A program made the position numbers and the translations under genes. Shown piece after piece: positions 1 through 11,200 of a stretch of 64,000 nucleotides of DNA. The DNA is from Eledone cirrhosa. Its lineage: Eukaryota. Position 1 is the first letter of the stretch, and every line of letters begins with the position of its first letter. The notes below the pieces were generated by a model. The model saw only the letters and a program-made list of their open reading frames with translations, made no database searches and was not told where the DNA came from. The stretch is from positions 186,001 to 250,000 of the forward strand of contig OZ024764.1 of NCBI GenBank assembly GCA_964016885.1, read 5' to 3'.

Positions 1-3000
1 CCCCAGTTGACCTATACTAAAGGGCTTCACTGATAGGGTTATATGTTATAATTCCCCAGTTGACCTATACTAAAGGGCTTCACTGATAGGGTTATATGTT
101 ATAATTTCCCAGTTGACCTATACTAAAGGGCTTCACTGATAGGGTTATATGTTATAATTCCCCAGATGACCTATATTAAAGGGCTTCACTGATAGGGTTG
201 TGTGTGTTATAATTTCCCAGTTGACCTGTACTAAAGGGCTTCACTGATAGGGTTATATGTTATAATTCCCCAGTTGACCTATACTAAAGGGCTTCACTGA
301 TAGGGTTATATGTTATAATTCCCCAGTTGACCTATACTAAAGGACTTCACTGATAGGGTTATATGTTATAATTCCCCAGTTGACCTATACTAAAGGGCTT
401 CACTGATAGGGTTATATGTTATAATTCCCCAGTTGACCTATACTAAAGGGTTTCACTGATAGGGTTATATGTTATAATTCCCCAGTTGGCCTATACTAAA
501 GGGCTTCACTGATAGGGTTATATGTTATAATTCCCCAGTTGACCTATACTAAAGGGCTTCACTGATAGGGTTATGTGTTATAATTCCCCAGTTGACCTAT
601 ACTAAAGGGTTTCACTGATAGGGTTATATGTTATAATTTCCCAGTTGACCTATACTAAAGGGCTTCACTGATAGGGTTATATGTTATAATTCCCCAGTTG
701 ACCTATACTAAAGGGCTTCACTGATAGGATTATGTGTTATAATTCCCCAGTTGACCTATACTAAAGGGCTTCACTGATAGGGTTATATGTTATAATTCCC
801 TAGTTGACCTATACTAAAGGGCTTCACTGATAGGGTTATATGTTATAATTCCCCAGTTGACCTATACGAAAGGGCTTCACTGATAGGGTTATATGTTATA
901 ATTCCCCAGTTGACCTATACTAAAGGGCTTCACTGATAGGGTTATATGTTATAATTCCCCAGTTGACCTATACTAAAGGGCTTCACTGATAGGGTTATAT
1001 GTTATAATTCCCCAGTTGACCTATACTAAAGGGCTTCACTGATAGGGCTATATGTTATAATTCCCCAGTTGACCTATACTAAAGGGCTTCACTGATAGGG
1101 TTATATGTTATAATTCCCCAGTTGACCTATACTAAAGGGCTTCACTGATAGGGCTATATGTTATAATTCCCCAGTTGACCTATACTAAAGGGCTTCACTG
1201 ATAGGGTTATATGTTATAATTTCCCAGTTGACCTATACTAAAGGGCTTCACTGATAGGGTTATATGTTATAATTTCCCAGTTCACCTATACTAAAGGGCT
1301 TCACTGATAGGGTTATATATAATTCCCCAATTGACCTATACTAAAGGACTTCACTGATAGGGTTATATGTGTTATAATTCCCAGTTGACCTATATTAAAG
1401 GGCTTCACTGATAGGGTTATATGTTATAATTCCCCAGTTGACCTATACGAAATGCTTCACTGATAGGGTTATATGTTATAATTCCCCAGTTGACCTATAC
1501 TAAAGGGCTTGACTGATAGGGTTATATGTTATAATTCCCCAGTTGACCTATACTAATTGCTTCACTGATAGGGTTATATGTTATAATTCCCCAGTTGACC
1601 TATACTAAAGGGCTTCACTGATAGGGTTATATGTGTTATAATTCCCAGTTGACCTATATTAAAGGGCTTCACTGATAGGGTTATATGTTATAATTCCCCA
1701 GTTGACCTATACTAAATGCTTCACTGATAGGGTTATATGTTATAATTCCCCAGTTGACCTATACTAAAGGGCTTCACTGATAGGGTTATATGTTATAATT
1801 TCCCAGTTGACCTATACTAAAGGGCTCCACTGATAGGGTTATATGTTATAATTTCCCAGTTGGCCTATACTAAAGGGCTTCACTGATAGGGATATATGTG
1901 TTATAATTCCCCAGTTGACCTATACTAAAGGACTTCACTGATAGGGTTATATGTTATAATTCCCCAGTTGACCTATACTAAAGGGCTTCACTGATAGGGT
2001 TATATGTTATAATTCCCCAGTTGGCCTATACTAAAGGGCTTCACTGATAGGGTTATATGTTATAATTCCCCAGTTGACCTATACTAAAGGGTTTCACTGA
2101 TAGGGTTATATGTTATAATTCCCCAGTTGACCTATACTAAAGGGGTTCACTGATAGGGTTATATGTTATAATTTCCCAGTTGGCCTATACTAAAGTGCTT
2201 CACTGATAGGGTTATATGTTATAATTCCCCAGTTGACCTATATTAAAGGGCTTCACTGATAGGGTTATATGTTATAATTCCCCAGTTGACCTATACTAAA
2301 GGGCTTCACTGATAGGGTTATATGTTATAATTCCCCAGTTGACCTATACTAAAGGGTTTCACTGATAGGGTTATATGTTATAATTCCCCAGTTGACCTAT
2401 ACTAAAGGGTTTCACTGATAGGGTTATATGTTATAATTCCCCAGTTGACCTATACTAAAGGGCTTCACTGATAGGGTTATATGTTATAATTTCCCAGTTG
2501 ACCTATACTAAAGGGCTTCACTGATAGGGTTATATGTTATAATTTCCCAGTTCACCTATACTAAAGGGCTTCACTGATAGGGTTATATATAATTCCCCAG
2601 TTGACCTATACTAAAGGACTTCACTGATAGGGTTATATGTTATAATTCCCCAGTTGACCTATACTAAAGGACTTCACTGATAGGGTTATATGTTATAATT
2701 TCCCAGTTCACCTATACTAAAGGGCTTCACTGATAGGGTTATATATAATTCCCCAATTGACCTATACTAAAGGACTTCACTGATAGGGTTATATGTGTTA
2801 TAATTCCCAGTTGACCTATATTAAAGGGCTTCACTGATAGGGTTATATGTTATAATTCCCCAGTTGACCTATACTAAATGCTTCACTGATAGGGTTATAT
2901 GTTATAATTCCCCAGTTGACCTATACTAAAGGGCTTCACTGATAGCGTTATATGTTATAATTTCCCAGTTGACCTATACTAAAGGGCTTCACTGATAGGT

Positions 3001-3978
3001 TTATATGTTATAATTCCCCAGTTGACCTATACTAAATGCTTCACTGATAGGGTTATATGTTATAATTCCCCAGTTGACCTATACTAAAGGGCTTCACTGA
3101 TAGGGTTATATGTGTTATAATTCCCAGTTGACCTATATTAAAGGGCTTCACTGATAGGGTTATATGTTATAATTCCCCAGTTGACCTATACTAAATGCTT
3201 CACTGATAGGGTTATATGTTATAATTCCCCAGTTGACCTATACTAAAGGGCTTCACTGATAGGGTTATATGTTATAATTTCCCAGTTGACCTATACTAAA
3301 GGGCTCCACTGATAGGGTTATATGTTATAATTTCCCAGTTGGCCTATACTAAAGGGCTTCACTGATAGGGATATATGTGTTATAATTCCCCAGTTGACCT
3401 ATACTAAAGGACTTCACTGATAGGGTTATATGTTATAATTCCCCAGTTGACCTATACTAAAGGGCTTCACTGATAGGGTTATATGTTATAATTCCCCAGT
3501 TGGCCTATACTAAAGGGCTTCACTGATAGGGTTATATGTTATAATTCCCCAGTTGACCTATACTAAAGGGTTTCACTGATAGGGTTATATGTTATAATTC
3601 CCCAGTTGACCTATACTAAAGGGGTTCACTGATAGGGTTATATGTTATAATTTCCCAGTTGGCCTATACTAAAGGGCTTCACTGATAGGGTTATATGTTA
3701 TAATTCCCCAGTTGACCTATATTAAAGGGCTTCACTGATAGGGTTATATGTTATAATTCCCCAGTTGACCTATATTAAAGGGCTTCACTGATAGGGTTAT
3801 ATGTTATAATTCCCCAGTTGACCTATATTAAAGGGCTTCACTGATAGGGTTATATGTTATAATTCCCCAGTTGACCTATACTCAAGGGCTTCACTGATAG
3901 GGTTATATGTTATAATTTCCCAGTTGACCTATACTAAAGGGCTTCACTGATAGGGTCATATGTTATAATTCCCCAGTT
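1..3978. repeat. 53-bp minisatellite array (~75 copies in window, runs off the left edge), probably intronic
   Basis: Consensus CCCCAGTTGACCTATACTAAAGGGCTTCACTGATAGGGTTATATGTTATAATT recurs at 1, 54, ... with substitutions and small indels. It ends at ccccagtt ~3978, about 185 bp upstream of a splice acceptor. Confidence 0.97.
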
Positions 3979-4163
3979 CCATATTATGTAAAGAATTTGT
4001 GGTGAATCTTTGGAATAGTGCTTAATAAATATTAATGGCCCTAATAGTTGTTCCAATGTTTAAAAGTCCCCCTCCTCCCAATGGAATATGTTGCAGACCC
4101 CTGGTTTAGTATAGAAAATATACATACATGATAAAGTCTTACCTATATGTGTTTCCATTGCAG

Positions 4164-4292
4164 GTGTTCCTGTTTTGCGGAGAACTGGTTATCACGTTTA
4201 CTGTATCGTATGTGTTGTCGATGGCATTTGAAGCTCCAATGATGGGGCTGGAGAAAGTCCTCAGGGAATCATTGAAAAATAAACGGAAATAA
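4164..4292 (+). CDS. Terminal coding exon of a nose-resistant-to-fluoxetine-6 / O-acyltransferase-like (acyltransferase-3 family) membrane protein; upstream exons lie outside the window
   Basis: Acceptor tttccattgcAG ends at 4163. The phase-0 frame reads VFLFCGELVITFTVSYVLSMAFEAPMMGLEKVLRESLKNKRK* (TAA 4290-4292). A hydrophobic helix followed by FE(A/S)PxxxLEK matches the C-terminal motif of NRF-6/OACYL proteins, recognised from family knowledge. Too short for the ORF track. Confidence 0.85.
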   Translation: MFLFCGELVITFTVSYVLSMAFEAPMMGLEKVLRESLKNKRK

Positions 4293-4342
4293 AATATATT
4301 TTTGAATTTATAATGTTGTTGTCGTTGTATGTATGTGGGTGT
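4278..4342 (+). promoter_or_regulatory. Putative polyadenylation signals plus GU-rich downstream element
   Basis: AATAAA at 4278-4283 and at 4288-4293 (overlapping the stop codon), followed by the GT-rich tract tgttgttgtcgttgtatgtatgtgggtgt at ~4314-4342. Confidence 0.5.
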
Positions 4343-4347
4343 ATATA

Positions 4348-4942
4348 TCTATATAAAGTTGTATTCCTGTCTGTTTGTTCAAAAACTCCTCCTATGGTTT
4401 TGGAGATAGACCTCCATAACTATATATATTCTGAAACTACATTGCCCAGGGTACTTGGATAAGTATATTTCATTTTAATCAAAGGGTTCCCAGGGGCACA
4501 AACCCCTGCTGAAAATTGTTACCCTTCGATTTATATGAAATTTAAACCGTAGGTAAATGACAAGATATGATGCCTATTCACAAAATTTCAGCAAATTTAA
4601 ATATTAAGACACCCTAATGGGTGTTAAACCCCTTATTAGGGTTCCCCGGGGGCACAAACCCCGTAAATAACAAGATATGATGCCTATTCACAAAAGTTTT
4701 GAATTGATATATTGAAAACAATTATTTACAAGAAACAAAATAAGAATAAGATTTAATAATGTAATTTTAATTTGATATATTACAAAAAATAATGTTTTCC
4801 AATTTTTCATGCATTACATTTTACATTGAGTAATGTTGAAATGCAGAGTTTTCCTCCATAAATTATATCACTGATTTAAAATCAATCATTTTCTTACAAA
4901 AAAAATATGTGAAACGCAGCAAGTCGCGGGTAATTCGGCTAG
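4348..4942 (+). mobile_element. Non-autonomous Helitron-like element
   Basis: 5' end a|TCTATATAAAG...GTCTGTTTGTT. 3' end has a GC-rich imperfect hairpin (CGCAGCAAGTCGCG) ~10 nt before CTAG (4939-4942). No TSD. Internal direct repeats at ~4483/4638 and ~4553/4663. The base after CTAG is A rather than the canonical T. Confidence 0.6.
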
Positions 4943-5100
4943 AATGAGTGTGTGTGTGGAATGTAGAAAAGTAACACACGAGTTGATATATATATAAACA
5001 AATAGTAAAAAGGAAAGAAAGTAGAAAATGCTGGAGGGGTTTCTTCAAGTATAATATCAAAACATTTATGTATTTATAAAGTGGATATTTCCACATTTAA

Positions 5101-5237
5101 TAATTGTTTCTACGTTAGGCACAAGGCCAGCAATTACCCAGTGCATTACTGGTACTTTATTTTATCGACCCCATAAGGATGAAAGGCAAAGTTAACCTCG
5201 GCGCAATTTGAACTCAGAATGGCAAGGGCCGTAACTC
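5101..5237 (-). mobile_element. tRNA-derived SINE (octopus-type), 5'-truncated at the satellite junction
   Basis: GGCACAAGGCCAGCAATT...ACTGGTACTTTATTTTATCGACCCC..AAGGATGAAAGGCAAAGTTAACCTCGGCGCAATTTGAACTCAGAA. Related copies lie at 60544-60878 and 62271-62440. The minus strand has a B-box-like GAGTTCAAATT. Confidence 0.8.
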
Positions 5238-5240
5238 TAT

Positions 5241-8200
5241 GTTATGAAATGTGGGAAAGGAGTTCATAACTTTGAAGTTAAGAACTGTTGGAAAGGAGTT
5301 CATAACTTTGAAGTTATGAACTGTTGGAAAGGAGTTCATAACTTTGAAGTTATGAACTGTTGGAAAGGAGTTCACAACTTTGGAGTTCAGAACTGTTGGA
5401 AAGGAGTTCATAACTTTGGAGTTAAGAACTGTTGGAAAGGAGTTCATAACTTTGGAGTTAAGAACGGTTGGAAAGGAGTTCATAACTTTGGAGTTAAGAA
5501 CTGTTGGAAAGGAGTTCATAACTTTGGAGTTAAGAACTGTTGGAAAGGAGTTCATAACTTTGGAGTTAAGAACTGTTGGAAAGGAGTTCATAACTTTGAA
5601 GTTAAGAACTGTTGGAAAGGAGTTCATAACTTTGGAGTTATGAACTGTTGGAAAGGAGTTCATAACTTTGGAGTTATGAACTGTTGGAAAGGAGTTCATA
5701 ACTTTGAAGTTATGGACTGTTGGAAAGGAGTTCATAACTTTGAAGTTATGGACTGTTCGAAAGGAGTTCATAACTTTGGAGTTAAGAACTGTTGGAAAGG
5801 AGTTCATAACTTTGAAATTAAGAACTGTTGGAAAGGAGTTCATAACTTTGGAGTTAAGAACTGTTGGAAAGGAGTTCATAACTTTGGAGTTAAGAACTGT
5901 TGGAAAGGAGTTCATAACTTTGGAGTTAAGAACTGTTGGAAAGGAGTTCATAACTTTGGAGTTAAGAACTGTTGGAAAGGAGTTCATAACTTTGGAGTTA
6001 AGAACTGTTGGAAAGGAGTTCATAACTTTGGAGTTAAGAACTGTTGGAAAAGAGTTCATAACTTTGGAGTTAAGAACTGTTGGAAAGGAGTTCATAACTT
6101 TGAAGTTAAGAACTGTTGGAAAGGAGTTCATAACTTTGGAGTTATGAACTGTTGGAAAGGAGTTCATAACTTTGGAGTTATGAACTGTTGGAAAGGAGTT
6201 CATAACTTTGAAGTTATGGACTGTTGGAAAGGAGTTCATAACTTTGAAGTTATGGACTGTTGGAAAGGAGTTCATAACTTTGAAGTTATGAACTGTTGGA
6301 AAGGAGTTAATTACTTTGGAGTTAAGAACTGTTGGAAAGGAGTTCATAACTTTGAAGTTATGGACTGTTGGAAAGGAGTTAATTACTTTGAAGTTAAGAA
6401 CTGTTGGAAAGGAGTTAATTACTTTGAAGTTATGAACTGTTGGAAAGGAGTTAATTACTTTGAAGTTATGAACTGTTGGAAAGGAGTTCATAACTTTGAA
6501 GTTATGAACTGTTGGAAAGGAGTTAATTACTTTGAAGTTAAGAACTGTTGGAAAGGAGTTAATTACTTTGAAGTTATGGACTGTTGGAAAGGAGTTAATT
6601 ACTTTGAAGTTATGGACTGTTGGAAAGGAGTTAATTACTTTGAAGTTATGAACTGTTGGAAAGTATATAACTTTGAAGTTATGAACTGTTGGAAAGGAGT
6701 GTATAGCTTTGAAGTTATGAACTGTTGGAAAGGAGTTCATAACTTTGAAGTTATGAACTGTTGGAAAGTGTATAACTTTGAAGTTATGAACTGTTGGAAA
6801 GGAGTTCATAACTTTGAAGTTATGAACTGTTGGAAAGGAGTTAATTACTTTGAAGTTATGAACTGTTAGAAAGGAGTTAATTACTTTGAAGTTATGAACT
6901 GTTGGAAAGGAGTTAATTACTTTGAAGTTATGAACTGTTGGAAAGGAGTTAATTACTTTGAAGTTATGAACTGTTGGAAAGGAGTTAATTACTTTGAAGT
7001 TATGAACTGTTGGAAAGGAGTTTATAACTTTGAAGTTATGAACTGTTGGAAAGGAGTTAATTACTTTGAAGTTATGAACTGTTAGAAAGGAGTTAATTAC
7101 TTTGAAGTTATGAACTGTTGGAAAGGAGTTAATTACTTTGAAGTTATGAACTGTTGGAAAGGAGTTCATAACTTTGAAGTTATGAACTGTTGGAAAGGAG
7201 TTTATAACTTTGAAGTTATGAACTGTTGGAAAGGAGTTCATAACTTTGAAGTTATGAACTGTTGGAAAGGAGTGTATAGCTTTGAAGTTATGAACTGTTG
7301 CAAAGGAGTTCATAACTTTGAAGTTATGAACTGTTGGAAAGGAGTTCATAACTTTGAAGTTAAGAACTGTTGGAAAGGAGTTAATTACTTTGAAGTTATG
7401 AACTGTTGGAAAGGAGTTCATAACTTTGAAGTTAAGAACTGTTGGAAAGGAGTTAATTACTTTGAAGTTATGAACTGTTGGAAAGGAGTTAATTACTTTG
7501 AAGTTAAGAACTGTTGGAAAGGAGTTAATTACTTTGAAGGTATGAACTGTTGGAAAGGAGATTATAACTTTGGAGTTAAGAACTGTTGGAAAGGAGTTCA
7601 TTACTTTGAAGTTATGAACTGTTGGAAAGGAGTTCATAACTTTGAAGTTAAGAACTGTTGGAAAGGAGTTAATTACTTTGAAGTTATGAACTGTTGGAAA
7701 GGAGTTCATAACTTTGAAGTTAAGAACGGTTGGAAAGGAGTTGACAACTTTGAAGTTATGAACTGTTGGAAAGGAGTTCATAACTTTGAAGTTATGAACT
7801 GTTGGAAAGGATTTCATAACTTTGAAGTTATGAACTGTTGGAAAGGAGTTTATAACTTTGAAGTTATGAACTGTTGGAAAGGAGTTCATAACTTTGGAGT
7901 TATGAACTGTTGGAAAGGAGTTCATAACTTTGGAGTTAAGAACTGTTGGAAAGTAGTTCATAACTTTGAAGTTATGAAATGTTGGAAAGGAGTTTATAAC
8001 TTTGAAGTTATGAACTGTTGGAAAGGAGTTTATAACTTTGAAGTTATGAACAGTTGGAAAGGAGTTTATAACTTTGAAGTTATGAACTGTTGGAAAGGAG
8101 TTCATAACTTTGAAGTTATGAACTGTTGGAAAGGAGTTTATAACTTTGAAGTTATGAACTGTTGGAAAGGAGTTCATAACTTTGAAGTTATGAACTGTTG

Positions 8201-11200
8201 GAAAGGAGTTCATAACTTTGAAGTTATGAACTGTTGGAAAGGATTTCATAACTTTGAAGTTATGAACTGTTGGAAAGGAGTTCATAACTTTGGAGTTATG
8301 AACTGTTGGAAAGGAGTTCATAACTTTGGAGTTATGAACTGTTGGAAAGGAGTTCATAACTTTGGAGTTAATAACTGTTGGAAAGGAGTTCATTACTTTG
8401 AAGTTATGAACTGTTGGAAAGGAGTTAATAACTTTGAAGTTAAGAACTGTTGGAAAGGAGTTAATTACTTTGAAGTTATGAACTGTTGGAAAGGAGTTGA
8501 CAACTTTGAAGTTATGAACTGTTGGAAAGGAGTTCATAACTTTGAAGTTATGAACTGTTGGAAAGGATTTCATAACTTTGAAGTTATGAACTGTTGGAAA
8601 GGAGTTTATAACTTTGAAGTTATGAACTATTGGAAAGGAGTTCATAACTTTGAAGTTATGAACTGTTGGAAAGGAGTTCATAACTTTGGAGTTATGAACT
8701 GTTGGAAAGGAGTTCATAACTTTGGAGTTAAGAACTGTTGGAAAGGAGTTCATAACTTTGAAGTTATGAAATGTTGGAAAGGAGTTTATAACTTTGAAGT
8801 TATGAACTGTTGGAAAGGAGTTTATAACTTTGAAGTTATGAACTGTTGGAAAGGAGTTTATAACTTTGAAGTTATGAACTGTTGGAAAGGAGTTCATAAC
8901 TTTGAAGTTATGAACTGTTGGAAAGGAGTTTATAACTTTGAAGTTATGAACTGTTGGAAAGCAGTTCATAACTTTGAAGTTATTAACTGTTGGAAAGGAG
9001 TTCATAACTTTGAAGTTATGAACTGTTGGAAAGGATTTCATAACTTTGAAGTTATGAACTGTTGGAAAGGAGTTCATAACTTTGGAGTTATGAACTGTTG
9101 GAAAGGAGTTCATAACTTTGGAGTTAAGAACTGTTGGAAAGGAGTTTATAACTTTGGAGTTATGAACTGTTGGAAAGGAGTTCATAACTTTGAAGTTAAG
9201 AACTGTTGGAAAGGAGTTCATAACTTTGGAGTTATGAACTGTTGGAAAGGAGTTCATAACTTTGAAGTTATGGACTGTTGGAAAGGAGTTAATTACTTTG
9301 GAGTTATGAACTGTTGGAAAGGAGTTTATAACTTTGGAGTTATGAACTGTTGGAAAGGAGTTTATAACTTTGGAGTTAAGAACTGTTGGAAAGGAGTTCA
9401 TAACTTTGAAGTTATGAACTGTTGGAAAGGAGTTCATAACTTTGAAGTTAAGAACTGTTGGAAAGGAGTTAATTACTTTGAAGTTATGAACTGTTGGAAA
9501 GGAGTTCATAACTTTGAAGTTATGGACTGTTGGAAAGGAGTTCATAACTTTGAAGTTATGAACTGTTGGAAAGGAGTTCATAACTTTGAAGTTATGAACT
9601 GTTGGAAAGGAGTTCATAACTTTGAAGTTATGAACTGTTGGAAAGGAGTTTATAACTTTGAAGTTATGAACTTTTGGAAAGCAGTTCATAACCTTGAAGT
9701 TAAGAACTGTTGGAAAGGAGTTCATTACTTTGAAGTTATGAACTGTTGGAAAGGAGTTTATAACTTTGAAGTTATGAACTGTTGGAAAGGAGTTTATAAC
9801 TTTGAAGTTATGAACTGTTCGAAAGGAGTTCATAACTTTGAAGTTATGAACTGTTGGAAAGGAGTTTATAACTTTGAAGTTATGAACTGTTGGAAAGCAG
9901 TTCATAACTTTGAAGTTATTAACTGTTGGAAAGGAGTTCATAACTTTGAAGTTATGAACTGTTGGAAAGGATTTCATAACTTTGAAGTTATGAACTGTTG
10001 GAAAGGAGTTCATAACTTTGGAGTTATGAACTGTTGGAAAGGAGTTCATAACTTTGGAGTTAAGAACTGTTGGAAAGGAGTTTATAACTTTGGAGTTATG
10101 AACTGTTGGAAAGGAGTTCATAACTTTGAAGTTAAGAACTGTTGGAAAGGAGTTCATAACTTTGAAGTTATAAACTGTTGGAAAGGAGTTCATAACTTTG
10201 GAGTTATGAACTGTTGGAAAGGAGTTCATAACTTTGAAGTTATGAACTGTTGGAAAGGAGTTAATTACTTTGGAGTTATGAACTGTTGGAAAGGAGTTTA
10301 TAACTTTGGAGTTATGAACTGTTGGAAAGGAGTTTATAACTTTGGAGTTAAGAACTGTTGGAAAGGAGTTCATAACTTTGAAGTTATGAACTGTTGGAAA
10401 GGAGTTCATAACTTTGAAGTTAAGAACTGTTGGAAAGGAGTTAATTACTTTGAAGTTATGAACTGTTGGAAAGGAGTTCATAACTTTGAAGTTATGGACT
10501 GTTGGAAAGGAGTTCATAACTTTGAAGTTATGAACTGTTGGAAAGGAGTTCATAACTTTGAAGTTATGAACTGTTGGAAAGGAGTTCATAACTTTGAAGT
10601 TATGAACTGTTGGAAAGGAGTTTATAACTTTGAAGTTATGAACTGTTGGAAAGCAGTTCATAACTTTGAAGTTAAGAACTGTTGGAAAGGAGTTCATAAC
10701 TTTGGAGTTAAGAACTGTTGGAAAGGAGTTCATAACTTTGGAGTTAAGAACTGTTGGAAAGGAGTTCATAACTTTGGAGTTAAGAACTGTTGGAAAAGAG
10801 TTCATAACTTTGGAGTTAAGAACTGTTGGAAAGGAGTTCATAACTTTGAAGTTAAGAACTGTTGGAAAGGAGTTCATAACTTTGGAGTTATGAACTGTTG
10901 GAAAGGAGTTCATAACTTTGGAGTTATGAACTGTTGGAAAGGAGTTCATAACTTTGAAGTTATGGACTGTTGGAAAGGAGTTCATAACTTTGAAGTTATG
11001 GACTGTTGGAAAGGAGTTCATAACTTTGAAGTTATGAACTGTTGGAAAGGAGTTAATTACTTTGGAGTTAAGAACTGTTGGAAAGGAGTTCATAACTTTG
11101 AAGTTATGGACTGTTGGAAAGGAGTTAATTACTTTGAAGTTAAGAACTGTTGGAAAGGAGTTAATTACTTTGAAGTTATGAACTGTTGGAAAGGAGTTAA

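Noticed and set aside
4863-5096. 77-aa minus-strand ORF
   Set aside because: AT-rich, overlaps the Helitron end and simple repeats; no family resemblance.
5255-5275. Satellite arm GGAGTTCATAAC as a Pol III B box derived from the SINE
   Set aside because: Only GAGTTCA matches. It departs from the GTTCRANNC consensus and the match is too short to support homology.
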